From positions 261,640 through 325,639 of the forward strand of contig OY781536.2 of assembly GCA_963676755.2 (NCBI GenBank): a DNA stretch of 64,000 nt, read 5' to 3'. The stretch comes from an uncultured Celeribacter sp. (GTDB lineage Bacteria; Pseudomonadota; Alphaproteobacteria; Rhodobacterales; Rhodobacteraceae). The notes beneath the pieces were generated by a model. It saw only the letters and a program-made list of their open reading frames with translations. It was not told where the DNA came from and made no database searches. Each line of letters starts with the position of its first letter. The first letter of the stretch is position 1. The translations under genes were made by a program, and so were the position numbers. This document shows, piece by piece, positions 16,336 to 24,001 of this stretch.

Positions 16336-18225
16336 ATGCCGCTTGATGCCGAAAGCGAAGCGATTGGCACATTGTTGCTGGATCGGGGGATTCTGTCTCC
16401 CGATCAGCTTTTGGCGGCAGAGGAGCATGCCAGTGACTGGGGGGTGTCCTTGGTCAAGGTACTCTTGTCGCGCCGCTGGATCACCTCGGATCAACTCTAC
16501 GAACAACTGTCCTATCACTATGATTTGCCGCTGGTCGATCTCATGGAGAACCGGCCTGATGACGCGCTGATCCGCAAATATGATCCGCGGATGATGAATG
16601 ACCGGATGACCGTTCCAATCGGGGAGAGTGATGGCGTTCTGACCATAGCCACGGCGCGTCCGGGACCGGCCACCTTGCTCTATGTGCGTCAGACCTACGG
16701 ACCGAAAGTGCGCATGGTGATCGCCTCACACTTCGATCTGTCGTGGTCGCTGCAACGCGCATTCCGCGAGCAGCATTCCCATGAGGCGGTGTTCGCCTTG
16801 GCCGAGATTGACCCCGAGATGTCCGCCCAACAGGTCATCACGCCGCCGCAGATTCTGGTGCTCTATCTGCTGCTTTCGATCTTCCTGCTGGGGATTGCTT
16901 TTGCTCCGGTCCCGACCTTGATCGTGCTCAATGTGTTTCTGACGGTGTTTTACACGGGGAATTTCCTGTTCAAGGCCGTGCTTGTCTGGGTCGGCGGGGC
17001 GGCGCAAGAGTCCTCGTCCCGCGCGATTGCGGCGGAGGCGGGTCTGTTGCGTGATGAGGATTTGCCTACTTATACAGTTCTTGTCCCGATGTTCCGCGAA
17101 CCCGAAGTGTTACCGATCCTGACGCAAGCTCTGCGCAATCTGGACTATCCTTTGGCCAAGCTGGACATCAAGATTGTCCTTGAAGAAGGCGATCACGAGA
17201 CCATTGAGGCGGCGCGGAGCCTGAACCTCGAAGGCGTCTTTGAAATCATCCGCGTGCCCGCCTCGCATCCGCAGACCAAACCCAAGGCCTGCAATTTCGC
17301 GCTGCGTTATTCGCAGGGGGATTTTCTGGTCATTTTCGATGCCGAGGATAAGCCTGAGCCGGACCAGTTGAAAAAGGTCGTCGCGGCCTTCAACCAGTCG
17401 CCTGACAACACCGCCTGCATCCAGTGTCGCCTGAACTACTACAACGCGCGCGAGAACTGGCTGACGCGGATGTTTACGCTGGATTATTCCCTGTGGTTCG
17501 ATCTCATGCTGCCGGGGTTGGAACGGTTGAAAGTGCCGATCCCTTTGGGGGGCACGTCGAACCATTTCCGCATGGATGTGCTGCGCGAGTTGAATGCGTG
17601 GGACCCGTTCAATGTGACCGAAGACGCGGATTTGGGTATTCGCCTGACGCAAAAGGGTTACCGCGTGGGGGTGATCGATTCCACCACCTTCGAGGAGGCC
17701 AATGTCTCCATCCCCAACTGGATCCGCCAGAGGTCGCGCTGGATCAAAGGCTATATGCAGACCTTTCTGGTCCATAGCCGTCGCCCCATCCATCTGTGGC
17801 GCTCGATTGGTCCGTCGGGGGTGTTCGGCTTTGTCTTCTTTATCGGCGGCACCTTTTTGTCCGGACTGCTCAATCCGGTGTTCTGGGCAGTTTTCGCGCT
17901 TTGGATGATCTTTGGCGAAGATATCATCTCGCCCTACTTCCCCTTGCCTGTGCTTTACCTGTCCATGCTGAACCTTCTGGCGGGCAATGCTTTGTTGATC
18001 TACCTGACGATGGTGGCGCCGTTCCGACGACGCTGGACCTATCTGGCGCCATGGGGGGTGACGGTCATCGGCTATTGGGTGCTGATGACCATTGCCTCTT
18101 ACAAGGCGCTGTCGCAACTGGCGTTCAATCCTTTCTACTGGGAAAAGACCGAACACGGTCTGTCCAAACACACCGCCAATGAAGTGGCCGAAGCCAGTGC
18201 TGATGCCGAGGAGGTCAAGGGATGA
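16336..18225 (+). CDS. Processive family-2 glycosyltransferase (BcsA/COG1215-like synthase) with N-terminal T2SSE_N/MshEN-like domain and no PilZ
   Basis: N-terminal residues 10-69 match the tandem GspE/MshE N-domain repeats ending LPLVDL. Two TM segments follow. GT-A motifs are present: YTVLVPMFREPEV, FDAEDKPEPD (DxD), VTEDADLG (TED) and QRSRWIKGY (QxxRW). A C-terminal TM bundle follows. The C-terminal tail is only about 30 aa and has no RxxxR/DxSxxG PilZ motifs. Confidence 0.8.
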   Translation: MPLDAESEAIGTLLLDRGILSPDQLLAAEEHASDWGVSLVKVLLSRRWITSDQLYEQLSYHYDLPLVDLMENRPDDALIRKYDPRMMNDRMTVPIGESDGVLTIATARPGPATLLYVRQTYGPKVRMVIASHFDLSWSLQRAFREQHSHEAVFALAEIDPEMSAQQVITPPQILVLYLLLSIFLLGIAFAPVPTLIVLNVFLTVFYTGNFLFKAVLVWVGGAAQESSSRAIAAEAGLLRDEDLPTYTVLVPMFREPEVLPILTQALRNLDYPLAKLDIKIVLEEGDHETIEAARSLNLEGVFEIIRVPASHPQTKPKACNFALRYSQGDFLVIFDAEDKPEPDQLKKVVAAFNQSPDNTACIQCRLNYYNARENWLTRMFTLDYSLWFDLMLPGLERLKVPIPLGGTSNHFRMDVLRELNAWDPFNVTEDADLGIRLTQKGYRVGVIDSTTFEEANVSIPNWIRQRSRWIKGYMQTFLVHSRRPIHLWRSIGPSGVFGFVFFIGGTFLSGLLNPVFWAVFALWMIFGEDIISPYFPLPVLYLSMLNLLAGNALLIYLTMVAPFRRRWTYLAPWGVTVIGYWVLMTIASYKALSQLAFNPFYWEKTEHGLSKHTANEVAEASADAEEVKG

Positions 18226-19631
18226 TGCGTATCTCGGGGCGTCTGGCAGGGTTTGTCATGCTGTTTCTTGGACTTTTGCTGAGCCTCGCATGGGCACAGG
18301 CGCACGGGTTCATCTCCGCGCGGGTTGTGATGCTGTGGTCTAAGGCAATCATGCAGGTGGACGGGCCGGCCAGTTTCAATTCGACGGATGCGTTCTTTCC
18401 GCCTTTGCCTTTTATCCTCTCGATTGCCCTGCAATGGATCACCGGAGGGACCACCGTCCCGATTCCCTTCCTTCTGTCCGCGGGTCTTGGCGCGTGGCTC
18501 TTGGTGATGTGGTATGACAATCTGCGCACAAATGGCGGGATTTCGGTTCTCACCTGTTGTCTCGCGCTGACTCTGCTTGCGCTCAATCCGTTTTTCCTGC
18601 GTGTGCTGGCAGAGGGGCCGGAGGCGGTTCTTACCCTGATAGGCACATGGATTTTCGCACGCGGAATCGTCAACCTGCGGCTGACCGGCAATGCGCCCGA
18701 CATGATGAAAGTCGCCGTTGGCCTGTTGATCGTGTCTCTGTCCAACAGCTACGGCTTGCTGATCGGTCTTGGCGCCTTGCCCTTCATGGTCATCGCCGCC
18801 CGCCCCAGCATGTTGGTTGCCTCACCAATCGGTTATCTCTTTGCGATGTTCTACCCTGTGGTGGCGGCGATCCTGTCTATGGCTTTTATCAGCAGCGTCT
18901 TTGACAGTGCGCTGGTGCCCTTGCTGACCGAAGAACCTGTGCCGATCTCGTTGCAAAGCCATCTGGTGATCCTCGCAGGTCTTGTGCCGGTGACCCTCGT
19001 TGCCGCTCTGCGCAGCCTTTTCACGCCGCATTATGTCATGCCGCTGGTAGCGGCCTTCGGTGCGACTTTTGGCGCTTACCTGCTTAACAGCGTGTGGCAT
19101 GTGGAATCCGACCCGACGCTGGCCCTTGCGCCGATGCTTGCAGTGTTGGTTGTCGCCATCCGCTTCTGGCCCGCGCTTGCGCTGCGCGAACCGATTGTCG
19201 TGGCCCTTCTGGCGCTTGGGCTGGTGCTCGGGGTGTTTTCCTTGCGCGCCAATCCGGTGGTCGAGACCCGCAACTGGGTGGCCGCGATGCAAGGGGACAT
19301 CATCGGGGATCACGCAGCAACCCGTGATCTCGTCGCCTTTCTCGAAGATAAAGACGGTATCATGGTTGATGTGGAACGAAACCCGGAGATCGTGCCGCAA
19401 ATTGATGATATACAAAGGCTCATAGTCTCCGGCCAAACGATTTACGATTGGGCGTTGGAGGGGGGGCGATTGCAAGCCCGCTATGTTCTGGTGCCGACTA
19501 TGCAGGGCGGCACGATCGAAGAAGACCGCATTTTGCGCCGGTTCCCGGAACTCAAGAACGGTCGGTTAGCATTTTATGAAGAGGTTTTCATGAATGACCG
19601 GTGGCGGGTTTTTAGGAGGATTGAATCGTGA
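18222..19631 (+). CDS. Polytopic inner-membrane protein (about 11 TM plus a ~120-aa C-terminal soluble domain), GT-C (ArnT/PMT)-like architecture, function unknown
   Basis: 469 aa with about eleven hydrophobic segments. Acidic residues occur in the first extracytoplasmic loop (QVDGPASFNSTDAFFPPLP). The ATGA overlap with the synthase stop supports a real, co-translated gene. The family assignment rests on architecture only. Confidence 0.6.
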   Translation: MMRISGRLAGFVMLFLGLLLSLAWAQAHGFISARVVMLWSKAIMQVDGPASFNSTDAFFPPLPFILSIALQWITGGTTVPIPFLLSAGLGAWLLVMWYDNLRTNGGISVLTCCLALTLLALNPFFLRVLAEGPEAVLTLIGTWIFARGIVNLRLTGNAPDMMKVAVGLLIVSLSNSYGLLIGLGALPFMVIAARPSMLVASPIGYLFAMFYPVVAAILSMAFISSVFDSALVPLLTEEPVPISLQSHLVILAGLVPVTLVAALRSLFTPHYVMPLVAAFGATFGAYLLNSVWHVESDPTLALAPMLAVLVVAIRFWPALALREPIVVALLALGLVLGVFSLRANPVVETRNWVAAMQGDIIGDHAATRDLVAFLEDKDGIMVDVERNPEIVPQIDDIQRLIVSGQTIYDWALEGGRLQARYVLVPTMQGGTIEEDRILRRFPELKNGRLAFYEEVFMNDRWRVFRRIES

Positions 19632-19641
19632 GGGGACGTAA

Positions 19642-20598
19642 ATGAGCCAACGCATTATGGCAGTCGATGATTCCGATATTGCTCAGGAGTTTATTCGTAG
19701 CAATCTGGCCGAACTGGGGTTCGACAATGTTGTCAGCTTTATGGACCCGCGTGTGGCGCTTGAGGCGATCGAGAGCGGAGAGGCCGAGGCCGATCTGATC
19801 CTGATGGATATCATGATGCCGGAGATCGACGGGATCGAGCTTTGCGCGCGGATCAGGGTAATTGACGCATGGCGCGATATTCCGATCATCATGCTGACCA
19901 GTCGCAAGGACATGGAGGCCCTGTCCAGTGCCTTTATGGCCGGTGCGAATGACTATGTGACCAAGCCGTTCGACCGGATCGAGTTGCAAGCACGGATGCG
20001 TAGTTGTCTACGTCTCAAGTCCGAACTGGACCGCCGCCGTGCCATCGAACATCGCGGCAAAAGACGCGCTGGGCAGGGGGCTGCAAGCGGGCCGCAGTCG
20101 GAGGTCTCACATGTGATGCTTGGCAGTCAGGCGGGGCTGCAAGCGGATTTCAGGGCCATGTCGCCGGAGGCCCAGTCGGCTTTGGGGTTGGTGGTTCTGA
20201 AGATCGACAGCCTGTGCGAAAAGCGCGCTTTGACTGACTTCCAAAAGGCGGAGATCATTCAGGCCACGGCTAAGGCTCTGGCCGATGTGCCGATGACTGC
20301 CGGAGAAAACTTCGTGCATTGGGAGGAGGGCCTGTTCTGTTTTGCAAGCCCATGCGCATCCGAAGACGATTTGCGGGCGAGGGCAGAGGCTTTCATCAAA
20401 GCTGTTCAATCCGCCAAGATCACCACGCCGAACACTTGGGAAAAGACGCCCGTGTCCATCAGCGCGGTTCTAGCGCCGAAACAAAACGGCACGATTGGTC
20501 ATCGCCTTGGAAAAGCCATTCAATTGGTAGAGAACATATGTGAGACGGGCCAGCTTCAGACCATAACTGTCCTGCCAACCCAACGGAATGACGCCTGA
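19642..20598 (+). CDS. Response regulator: REC domain fused to a degenerate GGDEF-like domain
   Basis: REC motifs are MAVDDSD, DLILMDIMMPEIDG and NDYVTKPF. The C-terminal half is collinear with GGDEF domains: LVVLKIDSL aligns with LLIDIDFF, VSISAVLAP with VTISIGVSA, and LGKAIQLVENICETG with LKRADEGVYQAKASG. The signature is HWEEGLF instead of GGDEF/GGEEF, and no RxxD I-site lies 5 residues upstream. Confidence 0.7.
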   Translation: MSQRIMAVDDSDIAQEFIRSNLAELGFDNVVSFMDPRVALEAIESGEAEADLILMDIMMPEIDGIELCARIRVIDAWRDIPIIMLTSRKDMEALSSAFMAGANDYVTKPFDRIELQARMRSCLRLKSELDRRRAIEHRGKRRAGQGAASGPQSEVSHVMLGSQAGLQADFRAMSPEAQSALGLVVLKIDSLCEKRALTDFQKAEIIQATAKALADVPMTAGENFVHWEEGLFCFASPCASEDDLRARAEAFIKAVQSAKITTPNTWEKTPVSISAVLAPKQNGTIGHRLGKAIQLVENICETGQLQTITVLPTQRNDA

Positions 20599-20601
20599 CC
20601 C

Positions 20602-22581
20602 ATGAGCCATATGTTCAACAAACCCTACGCGGCGCAAAGCCAATCGGAAAACGGTCGTGTGTTTATCGCCTTGGTCTTGTCCCTTGTGCTGGTGTTCGTT
20701 GCGGGGATCACCCTGTTGGTGCGCTCCGATTACAAACGCACGGTCAATGAATCCGAAGACCAGCTTGCCTATATCGCAGAGCTGCTTGAGCAATCGGTGG
20801 AGTCCACGCTGGCTGTCGCCAATTTGCATATGTGGGGCATGATTGACCAAATCGCCTTGACGGAACTCGGGACCACGGAAGAGATCGAGAGCCGCTATGG
20901 TGATTTGTTGCGCAAGACCGTGGAGGACATCGACCAGATCAACAGCGTTGTCCTGATCGCCACCGACGGAAATGTGATCTGGGCGTCGGTGGATAACCTC
21001 AGCGGACGGTATCTTGGAGACCGTCAGTATTTTCGGGAAGCTTTACGTCTGGGCGAGGGGGAATATGCCGTCGGCGTGCCTTTGATCGCGCGAGGAAGCG
21101 GGCAGCGTGTGACGCCGATTGCATGGCCGGTGGCTTCACCCTACGGGCGGGTGCTTGGCGTGATCGTTTCATCCTTGGGAGAGGAATATTTCTCGGACCT
21201 GCTGACCTTGACCGAGTTTCCATCTGATCTGCATGTTGACATTCAGGCCTCGAACGGGGCCGCAGCATTCCATTCCAACGAAGCCCCGCGTGCGATCGGC
21301 TCGACCATCATCAGCGCCACCAGAGAGATTGCCTCTCTCGGGTTGACGATTGATGTCAGCCGCAGCAAACACTCGGTCATGGCGGCCTTCTATGTGCGGA
21401 CCGCCGGTTTCATCGCTGTCGCGATCATTCTGTTTGCCACAGCAATCGGCATGGCCATCCGCCTGAAGGCGAAGTCTGTTCAACTTGCGACCGGATTGCA
21501 TCGTTCGAAAGAGGACAACTATCGCATTGTCGCGGCGCAACGCGAATTCAACACGATTTTCGACAATGTCGGAGACGGAATCGTTATCTTTTCCGAAGAC
21601 GGAACCCTGAACCGCACCAACAAAATGGCCCGCGAAATTTTGGGAACAGAGGGCAGCGAAGCGGCTGTCGCTCGGTTGCGCACGCTTCTGCCGGAGTTTT
21701 CGGATATCAACAGTGATTTCGAGGTGCATCGGATCAAAACCGACGAGACACAGCCAGAACAGGCGGTGCAATGTCGGGTGATGAAGCTGACAACCGGCGA
21801 TCAGGAAATTGCCTATTGCGTGCTCACCGATGTCACCGCCGAAGAACGGCTCGCAGCGGCGCGCACCAATTTCATCACATCCATCAACCACGAATTGCGC
21901 ACACCTCTGACCTCGCTTGCCGGGGCCTTGGAGCTTCTGGAAAACAGATATGCCGAAAGCCTGCCCGCACCTGCGAGGCGCTTGTTGGCGATGGGGTCGC
22001 GCAATGCGGACCGGTTGCTCTTGCTGGTGAACGACATCCTGACGTTGCAGGCGATTGATCAGGGGAAATTCCATGTGGATGCCGAACCTGTTCCGGTGGA
22101 GACGGCTTTGGAAGAGGCCATTTCGACCAATTCCGGTTATGGCGTGGCCACAGGCGTGAAACTACAGCGCAGTGCTTCTGTCACCGGCGATGTGTTTGTT
22201 GATCCGGACCGGTTGCAGCAGATTTTCTCGAACCTCATCTCGAACGCGATCAAATATTCCCGACCCGAGGGGATCGTCGAGATCGGCGCGCAAGAGGCGG
22301 GCGACGAGGTAACATTTTATGTTCGCGATACGGGGCCGGGCATCCCCAAAGCCGCCCGCCATCGCCTCTACGAACGTTTTACCACGCCGCTGCACGGGCG
22401 CGGAGTGCAGATGAGCGGCACGGGTCTTGGCCTTGCGATCACCAAGCAGTTGGTCGAGCGACAGGACGGCCAGATCACCTTTGAAACGCGCACGGAGGAA
22501 GACGGGCAAAAGGACACGGGCACCGTCTTTTATGTCACGTTCAAACGCCCCGCAGCGCCCGCAATGGAGAAAACCGCATGA
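20602..22581 (+). CDS. Sensor histidine kinase (TM, periplasmic Cache-like domain, TM, PAS, HisKA, HATPase_c)
   Basis: Two TM segments flank a ~230-aa domain carrying the Cache-type GDRQYFREA motif. PAS motif: FNTIFDNVGDGIVIFSEDG. H-box: SINHELRTPLTSL. N, G1 and G2 boxes: SNLISNAIKYS, VRDTGPGIP, GTGLGLAI. There is no receiver domain. Confidence 0.9.
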   Translation: MSHMFNKPYAAQSQSENGRVFIALVLSLVLVFVAGITLLVRSDYKRTVNESEDQLAYIAELLEQSVESTLAVANLHMWGMIDQIALTELGTTEEIESRYGDLLRKTVEDIDQINSVVLIATDGNVIWASVDNLSGRYLGDRQYFREALRLGEGEYAVGVPLIARGSGQRVTPIAWPVASPYGRVLGVIVSSLGEEYFSDLLTLTEFPSDLHVDIQASNGAAAFHSNEAPRAIGSTIISATREIASLGLTIDVSRSKHSVMAAFYVRTAGFIAVAIILFATAIGMAIRLKAKSVQLATGLHRSKEDNYRIVAAQREFNTIFDNVGDGIVIFSEDGTLNRTNKMAREILGTEGSEAAVARLRTLLPEFSDINSDFEVHRIKTDETQPEQAVQCRVMKLTTGDQEIAYCVLTDVTAEERLAAARTNFITSINHELRTPLTSLAGALELLENRYAESLPAPARRLLAMGSRNADRLLLLVNDILTLQAIDQGKFHVDAEPVPVETALEEAISTNSGYGVATGVKLQRSASVTGDVFVDPDRLQQIFSNLISNAIKYSRPEGIVEIGAQEAGDEVTFYVRDTGPGIPKAARHRLYERFTTPLHGRGVQMSGTGLGLAITKQLVERQDGQITFETRTEEDGQKDTGTVFYVTFKRPAAPAMEKTA

Positions 22582-22946
22582 AAGTTCTGTTTGTCGATGA
22601 CGAGGCCGATATCCGCGAGATGATCGAAATTGCCTTGATGGTCGAAGAGGATATTGACGCAACCTTCGCGTCCGGCGGCGCCGAGGCCATTGAAATCCTG
22701 AAGTCGGAAACCTTCGATGCAATCCTTCTTGATGTGATGATGCTGCCGCCGGATGGTGAAGAGGTCCTTCGCACCGCACGCAGCCTTCCCGCGCACAAAA
22801 CCACGAAGATCGTCATGTGCACGGCCAAAACCTCGCAAGAGACGGAACAGGAGCTCAAGGCAATGGGGGCGGACCGTGTTCTGCACAAACCCTTCAAACC
22901 CGTGAAACTGGCAGGCTATCTGCGACAGATTTTAGGGACGCAATAG
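22578..22946 (+). CDS. Stand-alone receiver (CheY-like single-domain response regulator)
   Basis: 122 aa with MKVLFVDDE, AILLDVMM and HKPFKP motifs. Its ATG overlaps the kinase stop (ATGA). Confidence 0.9.
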   Translation: MKVLFVDDEADIREMIEIALMVEEDIDATFASGGAEAIEILKSETFDAILLDVMMLPPDGEEVLRTARSLPAHKTTKIVMCTAKTSQETEQELKAMGADRVLHKPFKPVKLAGYLRQILGTQ

Positions 22947-23223
22947 GACCGCCACCCCGTGGGTTTGACGCGACATTTGAACATTCTCTGCCTGTGACGC
23001 ACGAGGGCACTTCACTTCCTTGTTATCTTACCGTCACCCGTGAGAAGCGATGTCTCATCCTGTCCTAACACCTTGGCAATGCAACAGAATACCATAGATT
23101 TCCTCCTCTGCGTCTCCCTGTCTGGAACGGGCGCAAGGGCGCGACCTTCAGGAATGCGCTTTGCCATGCCTCTCTCCCGTGAGGAGCCGGACTTGGTAAA
23201 ATGTGATATGCCATCTATATCAA

Positions 23224-23249
23224 GCCGACTTTGCGTTCGGCAATTTTTT
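23224..23249 (+). terminator. Hairpin GCCGA-N8-TCGGC followed by a T6 tract; competing hairpin CGGCAA-TTTT-TTGCCG (23238-23253)
   Basis: 5-bp GC-rich stem followed by AATTTTTTG. It lies 280 nt after the REC gene and 75 nt before the next CDS. The second hairpin shares the CGGC nucleotides, so the two structures are mutually exclusive. Confidence 0.3.
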
Positions 23250-23326
23250 GCCGAGAAGAAAATCTGCGGTGCTGTATCCGGGCATTATGTGTCCGAGACA
23301 GCGGGCTTGGGCAAACCCTTGTGTGA

Positions 23327-23953
23327 TTGGAGACGGGTATGATTGATGCGGCCATTCAGCCATTGCAACGGCGCCTGCTGACCCCGATGGGGCAGTGGCT
23401 GGTTGCGCGTGGGGTTCAGGCGGACCTCATCACGCTTGCGGGATTTGCCCTCGGCCTTTTGGCGATTCCGGCGCTGGCGTTCGGTGCCTATGGTCTGGCT
23501 TTGGCTCTGCTTTTGGTGAACCGACTGGCGGACGGGCTGGACGGCACGGTTGCGCGCCTGTCAGAGCCGACCGACCGTGGCGCATTTCTGGATATCGCGC
23601 TCGATTTTGTGTTCTACGCGCTGTTCCCCTTGGGCTTTGCCCTCGCGGACCCGATGCAGAACGCCTTGCCCGCAGCCGTTCTGATCGCCGCTTTCGTGGG
23701 CACAGGATCGTCTTTTCTGGCTTTCGCCGCCATCGCCGCCAAGCGCGGGGAAATGGCAACGGAGTTCCCGACCAAAGGCATCTACTATCTGGGCGGCCTG
23801 ACTGAAGGGTTCGAGACCATCGCGGTGTTTGTTGTGATGTGTCTTTTCCCGCAGGGCTTTGCGCTTCTGGCCTACGGTTACGCCGCGGCATGTGCCTTGA
23901 CCACCGTCCTGCGCTGGCACCAAGGTTGGCAAGCCTTTGCATCACGGAAATAA
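23327..23953 (+). CDS. CDP-alcohol phosphatidyltransferase family membrane protein (YnjF-like)
   Basis: The family signature D-x2-DG-x2-AR-x8-G-x3-D-x3-D is visible in DGLDGTVARLSEPTDRGAFLDIALD. Length is 208 aa and the protein is polytopic. Confidence 0.8.
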   Translation: METGMIDAAIQPLQRRLLTPMGQWLVARGVQADLITLAGFALGLLAIPALAFGAYGLALALLLVNRLADGLDGTVARLSEPTDRGAFLDIALDFVFYALFPLGFALADPMQNALPAAVLIAAFVGTGSSFLAFAAIAAKRGEMATEFPTKGIYYLGGLTEGFETIAVFVVMCLFPQGFALLAYGYAAACALTTVLRWHQGWQAFASRK

Positions 23954-24001
23954 TGGCAGCAACCGCGCGGCCGTATCGACAAAACTTGTTTCGGAGACCC
24001 T

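Noticed and set aside
17900-18225. I searched the synthase C-terminus for a PilZ domain (RxxxR ... D/NxSxxG), as found in BcsA.
   Set aside because: After the last TM helix only about 30 residues remain (YWEKTEHGLSKHTANEVAEASADAEEVKG). No PilZ motifs are present, so I did not call the enzyme BcsA or a cellulose synthase.
19642-20598. Possible annotation as an active PleD-like diguanylate cyclase.
   Set aside because: The GG(D/E)EF active-site signature is replaced by WEEGLF and the substrate-binding N-terminal segment is not conserved. The domain is therefore called degenerate, not a cyclase.
23296-23326. A GGGCAAACC string upstream of the CDP-alcohol phosphatidyltransferase gene that resembles part of a c-di-GMP-I (GEMM-I) riboswitch. 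A GACGCAAA string also occurs near 13710 upstream of the Hpt gene.
   Set aside because: Only one short half-motif is present at each site. The partner conserved segment and the paired helices of GEMM-I are missing. This is most likely a coincidence, and an Infernal/Rfam scan would settle it.
23040-23342. A 100-aa ORF filling the spacer between the phosphorelay operon and the ynjF-like gene.
   Set aside because: It is Cys/Ser/Arg-rich with no motifs and overlaps the start of the downstream gene in another frame. The region is better explained as non-coding leader or terminator sequence.
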